Part shown: in pieces, positions 34,146-44,100 of the stretch
Numbering within the stretch: position 1 is the stretch's first letter
How the letters are laid out: each line of letters starts with the position of its first letter
DNA from: an uncultured Actinomycetota bacterium
GTDB lineage: Bacteria > Actinomycetota > UBA4738
NCBI GenBank assembly: GCA_963781595.1
Contig: CAWAGG010000006.1
Coordinates: forward strand, 387,226 to 451,225
Direction: 5' to 3'
Length of the DNA: 64,000 nucleotides
The notes under the pieces: model-generated
The model's input: the letters and a program-made list of their open reading frames with translations, nothing else
Databases searched by the model: none
What the model was told of the DNA's origin: nothing
Translations under genes and position numbers: made by a program

Positions 34146-36550
34146 ATGGCCAAGCAGCTGGTGATCGTGGAGTCGCCGACGAAGGCGAAGACGTTGGAGC
34201 GCTACCTGGGCTCCGACTATGCGGTCGCGGCCAGTCGCGGCCACGTGCGCGACCTCCCGGGCGATCGGATGGGCGTGGAGATAGACGGCGACTTCCGGCC
34301 CGAGTACGTGGTGCCGGAGGACAAGGCGGCGACGGTCGAGCAGCTCCGGAAGGCGTTCGGCGCCGCCGACGGCCTCTGGCTCGCGACGGACTTCGACCGC
34401 GAGGGCGAGGCGATCGCCTGGCACGTCGCCGAGTCGATCGGCGCGGACCCGCGCACGGCGAACCGCGTGACGTTCACCGAGATCACGCGGTCCGCGGTCC
34501 AGGAGGCGTTCAGCCAGCCCAGGACGATCGACTTCGACCTCGTCGACGCGCAGCAGGCGCGCCGGATCCTCGACCGGCTCGTCGGGTTACGAACTGTCAC
34601 CGCTCCTGCAGAAGGGCCTGAAGCGATGGACGCTCTCCGCCGGGCGGGTGCAGTCCGTGGCGCTGCGGCTCGTCGTCGACCGCGAACGCGAGATCGAGGC
34701 CTTCGTCGCGCAGGAGTACTGGAGCGTCGACGCGCGCCTGTCGCCGAACGGCGACGACCGGGCGTTCGTCGCCCGCCTGATCCAGGTGGGCGACGAGAAG
34801 CTCGCCGCGTCGCCGGACAAGAAGGGCCTGCTCCTGTCGACGCAGGAGGAGGCCGAGGCCGCACGTCGATCCGCCTCCGCGACGCCGCCTACCGCGTGCC
34901 AGGAGGTCCGCCAGCGAGAGGTCAAGCGGACCCCCGCGCCGCCGTTCACCACGTCGACCCTGCAGCAGGAGGCCGCCCGCAAGCTCGGCTTCTCCGCCCG
35001 CAAGACGATGCAGGTCGCCCAGCGCCTGTACGAGGGCGTGATGCATCCCCGGTGAGGGACAGGTCGGCCTGATCACCTACATGCGGACCGACTCGGTCAA
35101 CATCGCAGAACAGGCGCTGGCCGAACTCACCGAACTGGTAACGCAGCATTACGGTCAGGAGTACGCGCTGGCCGAGCCGCGCCGGTACCGCAAGAAGCAG
35201 CGGGGCGCGCAGGAAGCGCACGAGGCGGTTCGGCCCACCGGCGCCACGCGCCTGCCCGACCAGCTCGAGGGCGTCCTCGACCGGGATCAGGCGCGCCTGT
35301 ACCGGTTGATCTGGCAGCGGACCGTGGCCTCGCAGATGGCCGAGGCGCGCTTCGACCAGGTCTCCGTCGACATCGCGGCGACCGTCGACGCGCAGCCCGA
35401 CGCGCCGCGCTACCTGCTGCGCGCGACGGGGCAGACGCTGAAGTTCGACGGGTTCCGGCGCGTGTACTTCGAAGGACGCGACGACGCCGCCGACGAGGAC
35501 GCCGAATCGATGCTGCCCGCGCTGACCGCCGAGCAGGCGCTCCGGCTCATCGAGCTGCTGCCCGAGCAGCACTTCACGCAGCCGCCGCCGCGCTACACCG
35601 AGGCGAGCCTGGTGAAGACGCTCGAGGAGAACGGGATCGGCCGGCCGTCCACATACGCGCCGACGATCGCGACGCTGCTGGACCGCGGGTACGTCCGGCT
35701 CGAGGACAAGCGGTTCTTCCCCGAGGACATCGGGCTCGTGGTCGCGGACATCCTGGTCGACCTGTTCCCGGACATCGTCGACGTGGGGTTCACGGCGCGC
35801 CTCGAGGAGGAGCTCGACGACATCGCCGAGGGGCAGACGGGCTGGGTGCAGATCCTTCGCGAGTTCTACGACCCGTTCCACCAGCAGGTCGAAGCCGCGC
35901 AGGGCAAGGTCAAGCCGCCGGAGGTCTACCTCGACGAGCAGTGCCCGCTGTGCCCGGAGGAGGGCCGCGAGCCCGGTCGGCTGATGAAGAAGCTCGGACG
36001 CTACGGGATGTTCGTCGGATGCGAACGGTACCCGGAGTGCCGGTACACGCGGCCGCTCGACGGCGAGGGCGGCGCGCCGGAGCCGGTGCTCCTGGACGAG
36101 ACCTGCCCGCAGTGCGGCCGGCAGCTCCAGCAGCGGACCGGCCGCTACGGGCCGTTCGTCGGGTGCAGCGGCTACCCGGAGTGCAAGTACATCAAGAAGG
36201 CCGAACCCGTCCGCACCGGCGTGACGTGTCCGCAGTGTAAGCAGGGCGAGCTGGTCGAACGGATGAACCGGTTCGGCCGGCCGTTCTACTCGTGCGACCG
36301 CTACCCCGACTGCGACTTCGCCGTGAGCCAGAAGCCATCGGCCGAACCGTGCCCGAACTGCGGCGGCCTGGTCGTGGCCGCCCGAGGCGGCGCGACGCGG
36401 TGCATCGCGTGCCATCGAGCATGGGGAGCCGACGGTGTCGAGCTGGCCGAGGAGCAGGCGCAGGCGCTGATCCCGAAGCCGCGCGCGCCGAGGGCGTCGT
36501 CCAACGGAGGACGGAAGCGTGCCCGCACCAAGACCCGGAAGCCCGCCTGA
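34146..36550 (+). CDS. topA: DNA topoisomerase I, interrupted by two +1 frameshifts as assembled
   Basis: TOPRIM motifs 'LVIVESPTKAKT' and 'ATDFDREGEAIAWH' are present. The frame changes at about 34584 ('RILDRLVG|YELSPLLQKGLKRWTLSAGRVQSVALRL', with an extra g in a ggg run). It changes again at about 35041 ('RLYEGV|CIPGEGQVGLITYMRTDS', which holds the active-site Tyr region). Four C-terminal C4 zinc ribbons follow (CPLCP..., CPQCG..., CPQCK..., CPNCG...). The ORF track splits the gene into 34134..35072, 34648..35055 and 35081..36550. Confidence 0.9.
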
Positions 36551-36593
36551 CGTGCGGGCCGCCGGCCGAACGACCCGGGCCGACTGAGGCGCC

Positions 36594-38603
36594 ATGGCCG
36601 GCGTCGCGGAAGAGATCGCAGCGCTCCGCGGCACCAAGCCGGCGACCTTCAAGGACCTGCTGACCCACCCATCGTTCTCCCGCCTCTGGCGGGCGATGCT
36701 CGTCTCGTCGATGGGCGACTGGGTGGGGTTCGTCGCGGTCGCCTCGCTGGTGGCGACCATCGGCGGCAAGCACCTGGGTGGCCTCGCGGTCGCGGGCGTG
36801 ATCCTGGCGCGACTCGCGCCATCGGTGCTGTTCGGCCCGTTCGCCGGGGTCGTCGTCGACCGGTTCGACCGCAAGAAGCTGATGGTCTCGGCCGACCTCG
36901 GGCGGGCGGCGCTGTACGCGACGATGCCCCTCGTGCCCTGGCTCTGGCTGATCTTCCTGCTGTCGTTCCTCATCGAGACGCTGTCGCTCGTCTGGACCCC
37001 CGCGAAGGACGCGAGCGTTCCGAACCTCGTGCCGCGCCGCCAGTTGCCGAACGCGAATTCGGTCTCGTTGGTGACGACCTACGGGACGCTGCCGCTCGGC
37101 GCGACGGTCTACACGGCGCTCGCGGCCCTCGCGGTGGCGATCGGCGGGTTCTTCGGCGATCACCCCGAGTCGCTCGCGCTGTGGGCCGACGCGCTCACGT
37201 TCGCCTTCTCGGCGCGTATGGTCAGCGGCCTGGACCTGAAGCTCGGCGCGGCCGCGCGGCGCAGGCGCGAACAGGCCCCGGAGCTGTCGGTCGCGGGCGC
37301 GTTCGGCGAGGTGCGGGAGGGCGTGCGGTTCCTCCGGGAGCATCCGCTGGTCCGCGCGATGACGATCGGGATCGTCCTGGCCTTCGCGGGCTCGGGGGCC
37401 GTGATGTCGTTGGGGCCGGTGTTCGCGCAGTCGACGCTGAAGGCGGGCGCGACCGGGTTCGGCTACCTGATGATCGCCCTCGGCGTCGGGATGGGCATCG
37501 GCATGGCGTCGATGGCCTGGGTGACGAAGCGGATCGAGAAGGAGAACCTGTTCGGCCTGGCGCTGCTGACCTCGGCCGGGTGCCTGTTCGTCCTGGCGGC
37601 CATGCCGACGATCGGGTGGGCAGCGCTGTTCACGGTGCCGATGGGCGTGGCCGGCGGCCTGGCGTGGGTCAGCGGCTACACGCTGCTCCAGGAGAACGTC
37701 TCCGACGAGTTCCGCGGTCGAACCTTCGCGACGCTGAACGTGATGGTGCGCGTCGGGCTGTTCCTGTCCCTGCTGTTCTTCCCGACCGTGCAGGCGGCGC
37801 TGTCGACCACAGCCCTGCAGGGCGGGGGCATCAGGGCCGCCCTGTGGCTCGGCGCCGCGATCGTCGCCGGAGGGGCCGCGTCGTCGTGGCGCTCGATGCG
37901 GCACCAGCGGATCGTCCGTCCCCGTAGGCTGGCGCTCGTGCCCAAGATCCGGAAGGTCGACCGTTCGGGGGTGTTCATCGTCTTCGAAGGGGTCGAGGGC
38001 GCCGGGAAGGGGACGCACATGAAGCAGGCGCGCGAGTTCGTCGCGTCGCTCGGACGCGACGTGGTGGTCGCGCGGGAGCCCGGGGGCACGCGGTTCGGCG
38101 AGCGCCTCCGCGAGACGATCCTCGATCCGGCGACCGGCCGGGTGGACGCGCGCGCGGAGGCGCTGCTGTTCGCGGCGGCACGGGCCCAGCTGGTGTCCAC
38201 GGTGATCCGGCCGGCGTTGGAGGAGGGGAAGGTCGTGCTCTGCGACCGGTTCATCGACTCCTCGATCGCGTACCAGGGCGTCGCGCGGGGCTTGGGCGAG
38301 CCCGACATCCTGACGCTGAACGCGTGGGCGACCCAGGGGCTGTTCCCCGACCTCGTCCTCCTGCTGCACGTCGAGCCGGACGTCGGCCTCTCGCGCGCGA
38401 CCGGCGAGCCCGACCGGTTCGAATCGGAGGACGCGGCGTTCCACGCGAAGGTCGCCGACGCGTACATGAAGATCGCGGAGGAGCATCCGGAACGGTTCGT
38501 CGTGATCGACACGTCGCTCGCAGCGGAGAAGGTCCAGGAGCAGGTGCAGGCGGCGATCACGAAGGTCCTGGCGCCGGAGAGCGAACGGGGTGGAGCGACG
38601 TGA
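36594..38603 (+). CDS. tmk: fusion protein: N-terminal MFS transporter domain + C-terminal thymidylate (dTMP) kinase
   Basis: The first about 440 aa form a polytopic MFS-like domain ('GPFAGVVVDRFDRKKLM'). A Tmk domain follows, with P-loop 'FIVFEGVEGAGKGT', 'REPGGT' and 'DRFIDSSIAYQG'. It is one uninterrupted 669-codon frame. Confidence 0.85.
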   Translation: MAGVAEEIAALRGTKPATFKDLLTHPSFSRLWRAMLVSSMGDWVGFVAVASLVATIGGKHLGGLAVAGVILARLAPSVLFGPFAGVVVDRFDRKKLMVSADLGRAALYATMPLVPWLWLIFLLSFLIETLSLVWTPAKDASVPNLVPRRQLPNANSVSLVTTYGTLPLGATVYTALAALAVAIGGFFGDHPESLALWADALTFAFSARMVSGLDLKLGAAARRRREQAPELSVAGAFGEVREGVRFLREHPLVRAMTIGIVLAFAGSGAVMSLGPVFAQSTLKAGATGFGYLMIALGVGMGIGMASMAWVTKRIEKENLFGLALLTSAGCLFVLAAMPTIGWAALFTVPMGVAGGLAWVSGYTLLQENVSDEFRGRTFATLNVMVRVGLFLSLLFFPTVQAALSTTALQGGGIRAALWLGAAIVAGGAASSWRSMRHQRIVRPRRLALVPKIRKVDRSGVFIVFEGVEGAGKGTHMKQAREFVASLGRDVVVAREPGGTRFGERLRETILDPATGRVDARAEALLFAAARAQLVSTVIRPALEEGKVVLCDRFIDSSIAYQGVARGLGEPDILTLNAWATQGLFPDLVLLLHVEPDVGLSRATGEPDRFESEDAAFHAKVADAYMKIAEEHPERFVVIDTSLAAEKVQEQVQAAITKVLAPESERGGAT

Positions 38604-39793
38604 CGGCCGGTCGGGAAGCGACGGTCGTGCCCGAGCTGCCGCCCGTGATCCGCGCGGTCCCGGGGCAGGAGCACGCGGCGCGGTTCCTGGCGCGGGCGCT
38701 GGCGCAGCCGAACCACGCGTACGTGTTCTCCGGGCCCGAGGGGTCGGGCAAGCGCCTCGCGATGCGGGCGTTCGCGGCGGCGCTGCTGTGCCCGAACGGC
38801 GGCTGCGGCGAGTGCCGCGACTGCCGGCTGGCGCTCGGTGAGCGGCACCCGAACATGCTGGTCCTGGAGCCGACAGGTCCGGACATCCTGGTCGGGAAGG
38901 ACGCCGGTGATCCGAACACGGCGCGCGGGTTCGCACGGAGCGCCTACCTGACGCCGCCCGAGCCTGGGTGGAAGGTGATGGTCGTGCTGCAGGCCGATCG
39001 CCTCCGGATCGAAGCCGCCGACGTGCTGCTGAAGGTCCTGGAGGAGCCGCCGGGCGACACGGTGTTCATGCTGTTGACGGCGCGTACCGACGAGCTCCCG
39101 GAGACGATCCGCTCGCGCTGCCAGGAGATCGCGTTCCCGCCGTTGACCGAGGAGTTCGTCGTCGCCGCGCTGGTCGACGGCGGGGCATCGCACGAGGCGG
39201 CACGACTGGCGGCGCGGCTGTCGGGCGGGAACCTCGGTCGCGCGCGACGGCTCACGCGCGAGGGCGGTCTGTCGTTCCGCGAGGCTGCGTTGGTGGCGAT
39301 GACGCGTGCGCGGGGAGGCGCCGGGGAGGCGTTGGCCGCGGCCGAGGACCTGACCATCGTCGCGAAGGCGGACCGCAAGCGCGTCGAGTCGGAGCTGAAG
39401 GAGGACCTGGCGCCGTTCCTCGACGAGCGCGGGCGGCCCGAGGAGGCGTTCAAGGGTGTCGTGCGCCGCCTGGAGGAGCAGCACGAACGCCGGCTCCGCC
39501 GGGCCGAGCGCGAGTTCCTCGACCATGCGCTGCTGGCACTGGCCGCGTTCTACCGGGACGCCGCGGTACTGGCTGCGGGAGGTGGCCCGGGGTCGGCGAT
39601 CAACCTCGACATGGCCGATACGCTCGGCCAGGTCGGGCTGTCGGCACCCGAGGCCGCCAGCGCGATGGGGACCGTCGAGGAGGCGCGCGCCGACCTCGCC
39701 GACGAGACGAACCTGAACGCCCGGCTCGTCCTGGAGCGGCTGTTCCTGCGGTTGTCCGGATCGGGTCACCTCGACGCGTCCGATGGGGGCTGA
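38600..39793 (+). CDS. holB: DNA polymerase III subunit delta-prime
   Basis: GTG 38600 overlaps the tmk stop (GTGA). 'HAYVFSGPEGSGKR', the zinc module 'CPNGGCGECRDCR', 'LKVLEEPP' and 'IRSRCQ' are present. Confidence 0.85.
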   Translation: MTAGREATVVPELPPVIRAVPGQEHAARFLARALAQPNHAYVFSGPEGSGKRLAMRAFAAALLCPNGGCGECRDCRLALGERHPNMLVLEPTGPDILVGKDAGDPNTARGFARSAYLTPPEPGWKVMVVLQADRLRIEAADVLLKVLEEPPGDTVFMLLTARTDELPETIRSRCQEIAFPPLTEEFVVAALVDGGASHEAARLAARLSGGNLGRARRLTREGGLSFREAALVAMTRARGGAGEALAAAEDLTIVAKADRKRVESELKEDLAPFLDERGRPEEAFKGVVRRLEEQHERRLRRAEREFLDHALLALAAFYRDAAVLAAGGGPGSAINLDMADTLGQVGLSAPEAASAMGTVEEARADLADETNLNARLVLERLFLRLSGSGHLDASDGG

Positions 39794-39892
39794 GACCTTC
39801 ACGATCCGGCCACGAAGGTCGTTCCCACTGGAGGAAGCCGGCACGGTCGGGCGACCGGTTGGACCCCGCCTCTTCGCTACAATCGGTCCGCC

Positions 39893-39968
39893 GCCGGGGT
39901 AGCTCAGTCGGCAGAGCGACGCACTCGTAATGCGTAGGTCCGGGGTTCGACTCCCCGCCCCGGCTCCA
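39893..39968 (+). tRNA. tRNA-Thr (anticodon CGU), CCA encoded
   Basis: Hand-folded cloverleaf: acceptor GCCGGGG/CCCCGGC, D-arm GCUC-AGUCGGCA-GAGC, anticodon arm ACGCA-CUCGUAA-UGCGU, variable loop AGGUC, T-arm CGGGG-UUCGACU-CCCCG, discriminator U, then CCA. Confidence 0.92.
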
Positions 39969-40001
39969 CGGACGCGGCCACGTCGATCCACGTCCCGGCA
40001 G

Positions 40002-40030
40002 GAGCGCCACGGCCGCTGGCCGTGGCGCTC
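40002..40030 (+). terminator. strong hairpin 34 nt downstream of tRNA-Thr (13-bp perfect stem, 3-nt loop)
   Basis: The sequence is gagcgccacggcc-gct-ggccgtggcgctc. Only a weak T-containing stretch follows (gctcgcgtgtgatcctgtgtt). Confidence 0.5.
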
Positions 40031-40212
40031 GCTCGCGTGTGATCCTGTGTTCGATGGCCCGAACACAGTGCCGAACGGACTCGTCATCGCATGCGGTGAC
40101 CGCGCGAACTCGGTAGGGTCGCTGGCGTGGGCGGTCTTCGGGGAACCGTTGACGGATCCGCCGGGCGGATCCGTCGCGTCGTTCCTCCTTCGCGTCTTCG
40201 TCGGGTGATCCC

Positions 40213-41028
40213 ATGACGGCTCACGACGATCGGGTCGCCGCGTTTCACCGGTTGCACTCCTCCGGCTGCTTCGTGATGCCGAACCCGTGGGACGTGGGGA
40301 GCGCACGGGCTCTGGAGGGGCTCGGGTTCAAGGCGCTGGCGACCACGAGCGCCGGTTTCGCATGGACGCTCGGTCGCCCGGACAACGGGGTCACGCTCGC
40401 TCAGGCGCTCGAGCACCTCCGCGCGGTCGCGGACGCCGTGAAGGTGCCGGTGAACGCGGACTTCGAGGGAGGCTACGCGGTCGATCCGGAGCAGGTCGGC
40501 GCGAACGTGCGGCTCGCCGCAGCTACCGGGATCGCCGGACTCTCGATCGAGGACTCCACCGGGGACCCGGCAGACCCGCTGTTCGAGTTCGACCTCGCCG
40601 TCGAGCGTCTCCGGGCCGCGCGGCGGGCGATCGACGAGAGTCGGACGGCCGTCGTTCTCACCGGACGGTCCGAGGGGTTCGTGTGCGGTCGTCCCGACAT
40701 CGACGAGACGGTCCGGAGGCTGCGTGCCTATGCGGAAGCCGGCGCCGACTGCCTCTACGCTCCACGGGTCGACACCGTCGAGCACATCGTCGCGATCGTC
40801 GTCGCCGTTGCGCCGAAGCCGGTGAACCTCCTCATCAACGCGCCGTTCACGACGGTCGCGGAGGCGGCGGACCTGGGAGTGCGCAGGATCAGCGTGGGAG
40901 GCACGCTCGCGCGGACCGCATGGGCCGGATCCCTGCAGGCCGCAAGGGAGATCGCGGACTCCGGGACGTTCTCCCGGTTCGAGCGGCTTCCGGACATCGA
41001 TGCACTGTTCCGTGACCGAGCCGACTGA
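40213..41028 (+). CDS. isocitrate lyase / PEP mutase superfamily protein (2-methylisocitrate-lyase-like)
   Basis: 'FVMPNPWDVGSARALEGLGFKALATTSAGFA', 'VNADFEGGY', 'GLSIEDS' and 'YAEAGADCLYAP' are typical of the ICL/PEPM fold. Confidence 0.82.
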   Translation: MTAHDDRVAAFHRLHSSGCFVMPNPWDVGSARALEGLGFKALATTSAGFAWTLGRPDNGVTLAQALEHLRAVADAVKVPVNADFEGGYAVDPEQVGANVRLAAATGIAGLSIEDSTGDPADPLFEFDLAVERLRAARRAIDESRTAVVLTGRSEGFVCGRPDIDETVRRLRAYAEAGADCLYAPRVDTVEHIVAIVVAVAPKPVNLLINAPFTTVAEAADLGVRRISVGGTLARTAWAGSLQAAREIADSGTFSRFERLPDIDALFRDRAD

Positions 41029-41162
41029 CTCGCCACCTCACGTCGAGCGGGTCCGTCGGGTCCGTCGGGTCCGTCACGTGGTCCATCTGTCCTCCCCCCG
41101 AGGTGTGTTTCGCCGACCGGTACAGACATCCAGGCTCGCGCGGGCAGCATAGAGCGGAACCC

Positions 41163-44100
41163 CTACCGCACCCAGAGCTGATCGATCAGGACGCCCCACG
41201 CGGGGTTGTGCTGGTAGTTCCCCACACGCGGGGACACGAGGTCCAGCGTCTCCGGGATCACCGCGGGGATCGCGGGCGCCCGGTCCACGAGCTCGCGGTC
41301 CACCTTCGTCCAGATGACGCGCGACGTGTGTGGATCGGAGACCTGCGTCTGCGTCGCCCGTCGGATCAGCGCGTCGAGGCTCGGGTCGCAGAACTCCGAG
41401 ACGTTGAAGTTCTGCGGTGAGGCTCGTTCGAACCCGTCGCAGGTGAACGTCGGATCGACCAGCTCCGACGGCAGGGGGTCGGACGTCAAGAAGTACAAGC
41501 CGGCGATCTGCGCCCGGTTCCTCGAGTCGGCCACGTGCTGGTAGAACGCGAAGAAGTCGGGCGTCGCGTGGAGCCGCGCGTGGAACCCCAGATCGTTCAG
41601 CACGCCGACGACGTACCGGCTCACGGCGGCGAATCCCTGCCACGACCATACGGTGACCGTCTCACCCTCGTCCGAGGCCGGGATGAGGCTCCTCGCCTTC
41701 ACGAGGTCTGCGGCCGTCCACGTTCCGGCCGGGTTCGGGCTCACGGTGTACGGGCAGTAGGGCTGGTACCCGATGAAGTTCGGCGGGATGACCTGACAGG
41801 TGACCGTGGCCTTCTGCGGGTACAGCGCGGCCATCCGGTCGCGGTCGAGCGCGTACGCGAGCGCCCGGCGCACCCTGGGATCGTCGAACGGCTGCACGCG
41901 CGTGTTCAGGTACAGGGACCACGTCGCGAGGAGCGTGGAGAGATGCGCCTGCGCCGTGTAGCTCGTGGCGATCTCGGCGAGGCTGCGCTTGGACGGAGTG
42001 TCGCCCTGGATCCCGAAGTAGTCCGCATCGCCGGACTCGACCCGCGCGACCGCCTGGTCGGCGGTCCCTCCGGACCTCCACGCGATCCGATCGGGGAACC
42101 CGTCGGGCTGGGCGGCCGCCGACCAGAGGTGGAAGTGTGGGTTGCGGACCAGGGTCACCTCGGTCGGCGTTCGTTCGCCGATCATGTACGGGCCGGTGCC
42201 GGGGGGGCCTTCGCTGACCTTTTCCATGGGCGACGATCCGGACACCACCGCGACGGGCGGCAGCGCCAACTTGTACAGGAACTCGGCATCGGGCGAGCGG
42301 AGGCGGAACGTGACCGTCCCTGCCGCATCATCGGTGACGATGCCGGACGAGAGGTCGCACGCGTCCTTCGAGCAGCCGTCCGCGCCGACGATCCCGCCCA
42401 GGGCCAACGTGGCCTGATCCCGGTCGAGACGGAGCGCCCGCTCGAACGAGCGGCGGACATCGCCCGCCCGCACCGGGGTCCCATCGGAGAACAGGAGGTT
42501 CCGCTCGAGGCTGAACGTGTAGACCGTTCCGCCCTCGGTCGGCGTTGGGAGGGACGTGGCGAGGTCGGGGACGAGGGTCGACCCGTCGATCCCACCGACG
42601 CGCTTGTAGCCGACCAGTGAGTCGTAGACGAGCCCGAGCAGCGGCCACCCGGCACCCACGAAGGCCGGGTCGAACGAGCCGGGCGCCGTCTCCGCCGGGC
42701 TGACGATCGTGAGCGTCCCGCCGCGATGACCGGCCGGGGAACCACGGGTACTCACCAGGAGCAGCCCGCCGCCGATCGCCGTCCCGACGGGAGCGCTCCC
42801 CAGGGCGACATGGTCCGTGACCCGTCTGGTCCCGAGGTCGATCCGCGAGAGGGCCGCCCCGAACTGGCTGGCGACCCAGAGCGAACCGCCGCTCGCGGCC
42901 AGGGAGGTCGGTCCCTCCTCGACCGGGAGGCGATCGGTCTCGGTGTCCGTGGCCGGGTCGATCCGGGAGACCGTCCCGTCCAGGCCGTTCGCCACCCAGA
43001 TGGCGCCATCGGCGAACGCGATCGCGTCGGGACCGTTGCCGACGGTGATCGACCGAACCACCGGCGCCGTGCCGAGATCGATGCGGGAGACCGTCCCATC
43101 GGTGCTGTTCGCCGTCCAGACCGCGCCGTCGCCGAGCGCGATCGCGACGGGGGTTCCGCCCACCGGGATCGTCAGCGACGGGTGTCCGGTCCTGGGGTCG
43201 ATCCGCGAGACGGTGTCATCCAGGCTGTTCGCCACCCACACCCCGCCGCTCCCGACCGCGACCGATCGTGGGCTGTTCCCCACCGGGATCTGCTGGACGA
43301 CCGTGTCCGTGGCCGGGTTGATCCGCTCCAGCGACCGGTTGCCGCTGTCGGTCACCCAGACGGCCCCGTCGCCGTACGTGATACCCGTGGGGTTCGAACC
43401 CGCCTGGATCCTCTGCACCGATCCGGACCGGAGATCGATCCGCGATACGGAGCCGTCCGCCTCGCTCGTCACCCACGCGGTGGTCCGGTCGGCGGCGACC
43501 TGGCTCGGGACGACGTGGAGCCCCACCTCCTGCCGGATCGTCCCCGTACGGGGGTCGAGCAGCCCGACGCTGTTGGCCGACACGCCGGGGAGTCCCGCGG
43601 GCGCGTCCTTCCGGAGCAGCGCGATCGGGATCAGCGTCGCCGCGAGGACAGCGATCACGGCGCCGATCAGGATGCCCCGGTGCCTGGACGCGAACGAACG
43701 TCTGCGCGGCGGGACGATCGGCTCCGGAACGAACGGCGCGATCCGGCTGCGGAGGTCCGACCCCTCCGCGAGCACGCGGACGGCCCGTACGGGATGGTCG
43801 AGTCCCTTGAGCTGGAACTCTCCCTGGTCCTCGTACCGGGCGCCCGGCACGGTCCGCGCCAGGTGGACGACTTCCTGGCTCGCGAGCACGTCGCCCGGTC
43901 CGGCGCGGCTGCACAGGCGCGCGGCCAGGTTCAGCGCGCCCCCCCGGAATCCATCCTCGACCGGGACCGCCTCGCCCGCGTCCAGGCCGATCCCGACCGG
44001 GAGCGGGAGCGTCGGGTCGGCCTCCGTCTGTTCGACGAACGCCGACTGGAGCTCGAGTGCGGCGTGGATCGCGCGCCGGGCGGAGCCGAACACCGCGAGG

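Noticed and set aside
39859-39883. A TTGGAC ... TACAAT pair upstream of tRNA-Thr as a full promoter.
   Set aside because: TACAAT (39878-39883) is well placed about 10 nt before the tRNA. The TTGGAC is only 13 nt upstream of it, too close for a canonical -35. Only a bare -10 can be claimed.
41049-41075. Three tandem copies of gggtccgtc in the convergent spacer between the ICL/PEPM gene and the cyclase gene.
   Set aside because: It is a short, single-locus microsatellite with no spacers or flanking structure. It is not CRISPR-like, and no function can be argued.
42744-43526. Periodic ~120-bp DNA repeats, together with the 18/27-bp repeats at 30521-30731, as a possible CRISPR or other non-coding array.
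   Set aside because: Both lie inside long open frames and translate into protein repeats: beta-propeller blades and low-complexity PAQ units. There are no unique spacers and no cas genes.
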